Shown here: piece by piece, positions 59,753 through 64,000 of the stretch
Numbering within the stretch: position 1 is the first letter of the stretch
How the letters are laid out: every line of letters begins with the position of its first letter
Origin: Planctomycetota bacterium
Lineage (GTDB): Bacteria; Planctomycetota; Planctomycetia; JALXBF01
Reading direction: 5' to 3'
Assembly (NCBI GenBank): GCA_026991575.1
Contig: JALXBF010000058.1
Coordinates: 1 to 64,000, forward strand
Length of the DNA: 64,000 nt
Translations under genes and position numbers: made by a program
Notes under the pieces: generated by a model
The model's database searches: none
Told to the model about the DNA's origin: nothing
The model's input: the letters and a program-made list of their open reading frames with translations, nothing else

Positions 59753-60930
59753 TGGTTGCGGAGGCGAGCATGGAGGTAACCGAGGAGGTATGCTGTGATG
59801 TCCTGGTTGTCGGCGCTGGACCGGCCGGTTCGGCGGCAGCCGTGGAACTGGCCCGCGCAGGGTTCGATGTCCGCGTGGTCGAAGCCAAGCGGTTTCCACG
59901 TCCGAAGGTCTGCGGTGAGTTCCTGGCAGCGGGTGCATGGCCGGAGCTTGAGGCGCTCGGCGTAGCGGAAGTGATCCGGCAGGACGCACAGCCGATCCGC
60001 TTTCTGCGGCTCTGGTTTTCCCCGGCGCGCCCGGTGCTCGTGCCATTGGAGAAGCCGAGCGGGACAGGCCCGGTCGGCATCACGCGCGACCAGCTGGACC
60101 GGCGGCTGGCCCGGGCAGCGCAGGCGTGCGGTGCCACCGTCGACTGGCGAACTCGCGTCGTGCACGTAGAACGATCTGGTGGGCTGGTTCGCTCGGTCGT
60201 CGCATGGCGTGGCGGGCGGTTGATCCGTTATCGACCGCGGTGGTTGGTCGCCGCCGACGGCCGCTACTCCGGTGTGGTCCGTGCGACCGGGCGGCTGTGC
60301 CGGCGACGGCGGCTGGGACGCTGTGCGGTGAAGTTACACGTAGCGGCACCAACCGGTGGCTGGCCGGCCGCCGTGGAACTCTACGCGCTCGGTCGTGGTT
60401 ACTTTGGCACGGCGCCGGTGGGCGCTGGTCTGATTAACCTGTGTGGCCTGTTGCCCACCGAGCTCCTTCGGCGGCACCGAGGCCGGGTGCTTCGTGCGCT
60501 GGCCGAGGCGTTCGGTTCCTGGCCGCGCTTGCAGACTTTGGTGGTTTCTGAGCAGCGTGTGATCGAGTTGTGCACGATGCCGGAGGTCAGCTTCCAGATG
60601 GCTCGCCCCGCGTGCGCGAACGTGCTTTACGTGGGCGATGCACTGGCGACCATGGAGCCGGCCACCGGGCAGGGCATCACGGCTGCCATCCGCTCTGGCC
60701 GCGAAGCTGCCCGCAGCTTGCGTAGATGGTGGCGGCATCGTCACCGCGTTCAGGCGGGCTATCTGGCAGGCTGGTACGCCGCATGTAGCGCGAAACGGAC
60801 CATCAGCGGCCTGTGTGGTGTGGCGTTCGATCACGCCGATGCGGTAAGCGGCTTGCTGCGGCGGACCGCAAGCCTCTTCGGTACCGCCCCTGCTCTGGTC
60901 CGGCAACTGTATCGTTTCGCTCAGCTGTGA
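59749..60930 (+). CDS. FAD-dependent oxidoreductase (geranylgeranyl reductase/aromatic hydroxylase superfamily)
   Basis: VVGAGPAG, FPRPKVCGE, AADG, VGDA...EPATGQGI; ATGA overlap with the upstream gene. Confidence 0.88.
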   Translation: MMVAEASMEVTEEVCCDVLVVGAGPAGSAAAVELARAGFDVRVVEAKRFPRPKVCGEFLAAGAWPELEALGVAEVIRQDAQPIRFLRLWFSPARPVLVPLEKPSGTGPVGITRDQLDRRLARAAQACGATVDWRTRVVHVERSGGLVRSVVAWRGGRLIRYRPRWLVAADGRYSGVVRATGRLCRRRRLGRCAVKLHVAAPTGGWPAAVELYALGRGYFGTAPVGAGLINLCGLLPTELLRRHRGRVLRALAEAFGSWPRLQTLVVSEQRVIELCTMPEVSFQMARPACANVLYVGDALATMEPATGQGITAAIRSGREAARSLRRWWRHRHRVQAGYLAGWYAACSAKRTISGLCGVAFDHADAVSGLLRRTASLFGTAPALVRQLYRFAQL

Positions 60931-60950
60931 GCGTCAGACAAGGGACAAGC

Positions 60951-62006
60951 ATGGAGCCTGTAAGCATCGTCTCAGTGGGCACGGCACAGCCGGAACATGC
61001 ATGGCGTCAGGAGGAGCTGCGTCGGATGTACCACGAAGTGGCCACCGCGGAGCTTCGGCCGGCTGCTGTGCGGCTCATGGACCGTGTATTCCGCGAGGAA
61101 GCGGGGATTGAGCGGCGTGCGCTGGCGTGCGCCGACCCGAGGACACTGCCGCGTGAGTCTCCGGCGGACGCGCAGCGACGGTATGAGCAGGCCGCACCCG
61201 CGCTGGCAGCCCGTGCCCTGCAGGAGGCTTTAGCCGAAGCCGCCTGGCCTGCCCATCGGGTCGCGGCCCTGATTTGCTGCACGTGCACCGGCTATCTGTG
61301 TCCGGGGATCAGTTCCTATCTCGTCGAACGACTCAGCATGCCCGCGGCGACGCGCTGCTACGATCTGGTCGGCATGGGCTGTGGTGCATCGCTGCCCGGA
61401 TTGGATCTGGCCCGGCAACTGGCACCGGAGGTCGCGCCGGCAGGGGTGGCCGTCGTCGCCGTCGAAATCTGCAGCGCCACGGCGGTCTTCGGCGAGGAGC
61501 CGGACTTGATCGTATCGAATGCTCTGTTCGCCGACGGAGCTGCCGCTGCGCTGGTGTCGGCCGAAGCTCGTGGTCCTGTGCGGCTGCTGGCATACGCCAG
61601 CGAAATCCGGCCCCTGTACCGCGATCGGCTCAGGCTGGTGCACGACGGGACTCGGCTCCGCAACCGGCTGGATCGCTCGGTGCCCGAGCTTGCCGCTGCG
61701 GCAGCCGACGCGGTGGTTGCCCGGCTGCTGGCCGGGGCCGATCGAACCCCGGCGCAGATCGAGCACTGGCTGGTGCATCCGGGGGGGACGAGAATCTTGG
61801 AGGCGGTTCAGGCTACGTTCGGCCTGACGGCTAGCCGTCTTCGCTACTCGTACGACGTGCTCCGCTGGTGCGGCAACATGTCATCGCCGACGTCGCTGTT
61901 CGTGCTGAAACGTTTCCTGGAGAGTGAGCCGGCGCCGGGCCTGGGTGTGTTGCTCGCGTTCGGAGCGGGATTCAGCTGCTACGCGAGCTTGTTCCGCGTC
62001 CCGTGA
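60951..62006 (+). CDS. Type III polyketide synthase
   Basis: Cys-His-Asn triad GMGC / VHPGG / GNMSS; LFADGAAA; AFGAGF; ATG 60951. Confidence 0.93.
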   Translation: MEPVSIVSVGTAQPEHAWRQEELRRMYHEVATAELRPAAVRLMDRVFREEAGIERRALACADPRTLPRESPADAQRRYEQAAPALAARALQEALAEAAWPAHRVAALICCTCTGYLCPGISSYLVERLSMPAATRCYDLVGMGCGASLPGLDLARQLAPEVAPAGVAVVAVEICSATAVFGEEPDLIVSNALFADGAAAALVSAEARGPVRLLAYASEIRPLYRDRLRLVHDGTRLRNRLDRSVPELAAAAADAVVARLLAGADRTPAQIEHWLVHPGGTRILEAVQATFGLTASRLRYSYDVLRWCGNMSSPTSLFVLKRFLESEPAPGLGVLLAFGAGFSCYASLFRVP

Positions 62007-62161
62007 CGGCGCCATGCGTGGCCGGTCGGCGCTGGCATCGGCTTGATGCCGCTGCTCGTGCGCGGCGACGAGCCGGGATCGGGTGCCCAGGGACAGTGCC
62101 CGGGCACCAGGCGCAGGGCAGGCTCTGAGCAGATCAACGTCGGCCGCCAGCCCGTTGGTGG

Positions 62162-63256
62162 CTAGATGCTCGTTTCTTCGAACGGCAGCGGGCGGAGCTC
62201 CTTCGTGTTCCGCTCGACGGCCAGGACCACGGTACGCTCTTCGAAGCCATCGGAGGAGACGACGCCGACCGGGATGATCTGCCGCCCTTCGGGCAACGGG
62301 AAGCGGATCGTGAAGGTGCCATCGGCGCTGAGATCGACCGGCTCCCCCTGCACCTCAACGCGTGCATCGGGTAGTGTTGCCCCGCGGACGAGCAGCTCCG
62401 CGTCCACGTGCAGCCACAGGGGCATTTCGGACAGGCGCCGGCGTGCTTCGTTCTCGAGGCGGCGTTCGAACTCGGTCCCCGTCCCCGCCGCCGTGCCGCC
62501 GTTGCCAACGCTGTCCGATGCGAAGGGCAGTTGGCCACGCAGGTCGGCGCTGTAGGCTTCCGGGCCGCGTGCTCCGGTAGCGACGGCCGCCGTCGTGCGC
62601 GGCGTGCGCACCGTGTTGGTGCGGAGCAGCAGGACGAAGCGGCCTTCCGGAGTCAGGTAGCCGACGTCCACGCGGTAGAGTCGGTTCCGCGGGCCGACGT
62701 GGAAGAACCAATGGGTCGTGAGGGAATCAATCGGCTCTTCGCGGGCAATCACCTCACGGGTTCCCTGAGCCTCCTCGGCCGTCAGGTCCACGAGCCGGAT
62801 GACCGGCTTGGCTCGGTACCACTCGTGGGCCAGTGCCGCACGGGCCCGTTCCACGGCTGCTCGACTCACCCGCCAGCACACTCTCAGCCAGTGCGGGTCC
62901 ATCAGCTGCAGGATGGCCTCGTCCTCGGCCAGCGGCTCCACTGTCCCCGCGCTGGCCAGGTCGTGCACCATCAAGGGCGAGATGTCGGGAGTCTGGTCGC
63001 TCTTCCGTGTGCGGGCCGTGCCGGACTTGTTGGTCGTCTTCTTTGCCTGCCGTTTGTTGCTGGCTTTGGTCCGTTTGCTTGAAGCGGCAGTTCCCTTGGC
63101 GGCCGTTTGGCGCTTCTTTGCTTTTCGAGACGCCGCTACCAGCGCTGCGACCAGCTGGTCCTTGGTCATACGGCTGTATCCGGCGATACGCCGCTTGCGT
63201 GCCAACTCGACCAGTTCCGCCTTAGTACGCGTCGCTAAGCTGTCCCTGGTGGGCAT
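62162..63256 (-). CDS. DUF4912-domain protein with Rho-N-terminal-like domain
   Basis: TKAELVELAR...YSRMTKDQLV, Lys/Ala-rich linker, DPHWLRVCW, DAELLVRGAT...DGTFTIRFPLPEG. Confidence 0.85.
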   Translation of the reverse strand: MPTRDSLATRTKAELVELARKRRIAGYSRMTKDQLVAALVAASRKAKKRQTAAKGTAASSKRTKASNKRQAKKTTNKSGTARTRKSDQTPDISPLMVHDLASAGTVEPLAEDEAILQLMDPHWLRVCWRVSRAAVERARAALAHEWYRAKPVIRLVDLTAEEAQGTREVIAREEPIDSLTTHWFFHVGPRNRLYRVDVGYLTPEGRFVLLLRTNTVRTPRTTAAVATGARGPEAYSADLRGQLPFASDSVGNGGTAAGTGTEFERRLENEARRRLSEMPLWLHVDAELLVRGATLPDARVEVQGEPVDLSADGTFTIRFPLPEGRQIIPVGVVSSDGFEERTVVLAVERNTKELRPLPFEETSI

Positions 63257-64000
63257 CGCAGAACTCCAAGCCGTGCTTGCGCAAAGGCCCCCCTCGCTTG
63301 GCGCCGAAAAGGGCCGTAGCCGCGTTGGTCACTGTCGCTCCCCGCCCGGGCACCGCACCGTGCGCGCCGGTTGGTCGCGGACCTTCCCCTGAGGAGCCTT
63401 CCTGAGGAAAGGGAGACTCAGCGGTAGCCCCATGCTGCCGCGCCGCCGCCGCGTCCGTCCGCAGTGGCTTCAGATTAACGCTACCAGAGGCTCGGCACAC
63501 CGTCAACAGATTCGGTCCCAGGGCTCGCCTGCTATGCCGACTTGATTCCGCAGATCCACTTAATCTTACGCAGCTTTGCAAGCTCCGGTCCGATCACCAC
63601 CTTTGCCAACCGGGCCCCCGCAGCGCGCCCCAGATCTGAAGCGCGCAGATGGCGTTGCTCGGTGCGGCGAACCGTTGCATCGGCCATCTAACGGCCGATC
63701 CACCGCTCCCTGGCCACGGTGCCGACTTTGGCGACATCTTCGGCACGTGGTTTGCTGTCGCGGCCAGCCCCACGCCACAAGCAGCGAATGTTGCGACAAA
63801 GTGAGGGTAGCCCGGGCGCGGCGCCGAGCGGACCGGTTCGGACCGCCGGCGGCAGCAGCCGGTTGACGGCGGCGGCTACTGCCGGATATAGTGCCAGTCC
63901 CTCTGATGGCCAGGTATTCTCAGGATCTGCCCCGTGGCTGCCCAACCCCGTAAGCCGCCGTTGGTGGTCGGGCTGGAGATCGCAAGCTTGGTGACCAGTG

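Noticed and set aside
63257..64000. Short ORFs at the right edge
   Set aside because: No recognisable motifs or consistent frame; cannot be called without flanking sequence.

Overview
GC-rich, gene-dense chromosomal segment. The gene repertoire (DUF4159, prenyltransferase-repeat, BatA, ASPIC-UnbV, DUF4912 proteins) points to Planctomycetota; this is an inference. About 45 CDS can be supported. Housekeeping genes: argS, serA, nadB, fabF, nrdJ, rplU, rarA. Also present: a split MoxR/vWA (Bat-like) module, a pentaheme cytochrome-TPR plus ASPIC/UnbV pair, a TPR-ExbB-ExbD-ExbD operon, and a six-gene type III PKS lipid cluster. No tRNA, rRNA, CRISPR array or mobile element was recognised. Most notable: (1) a stand-alone 65-aa bacterial histone transcribed divergently from nrdJ, with two NrdR boxes in the shared intergenic region; (2) an ExbBDD motor with no TonB, next to a protein that has a TonB-like SxxxH anchor and Pro-rich linker fused to a prenyltransferase-like alpha/alpha barrel; (3) the type III PKS core extended by a divergent YceI/methyltransferase/ICMT-like operon, with a palindrome on the promoter between them; (4) two unannotated structured RNA candidates (about 31611-31814 and 42467-42631). 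Start codons were adjusted by eye using SD motifs. All family calls come from motif recognition, not database searches.
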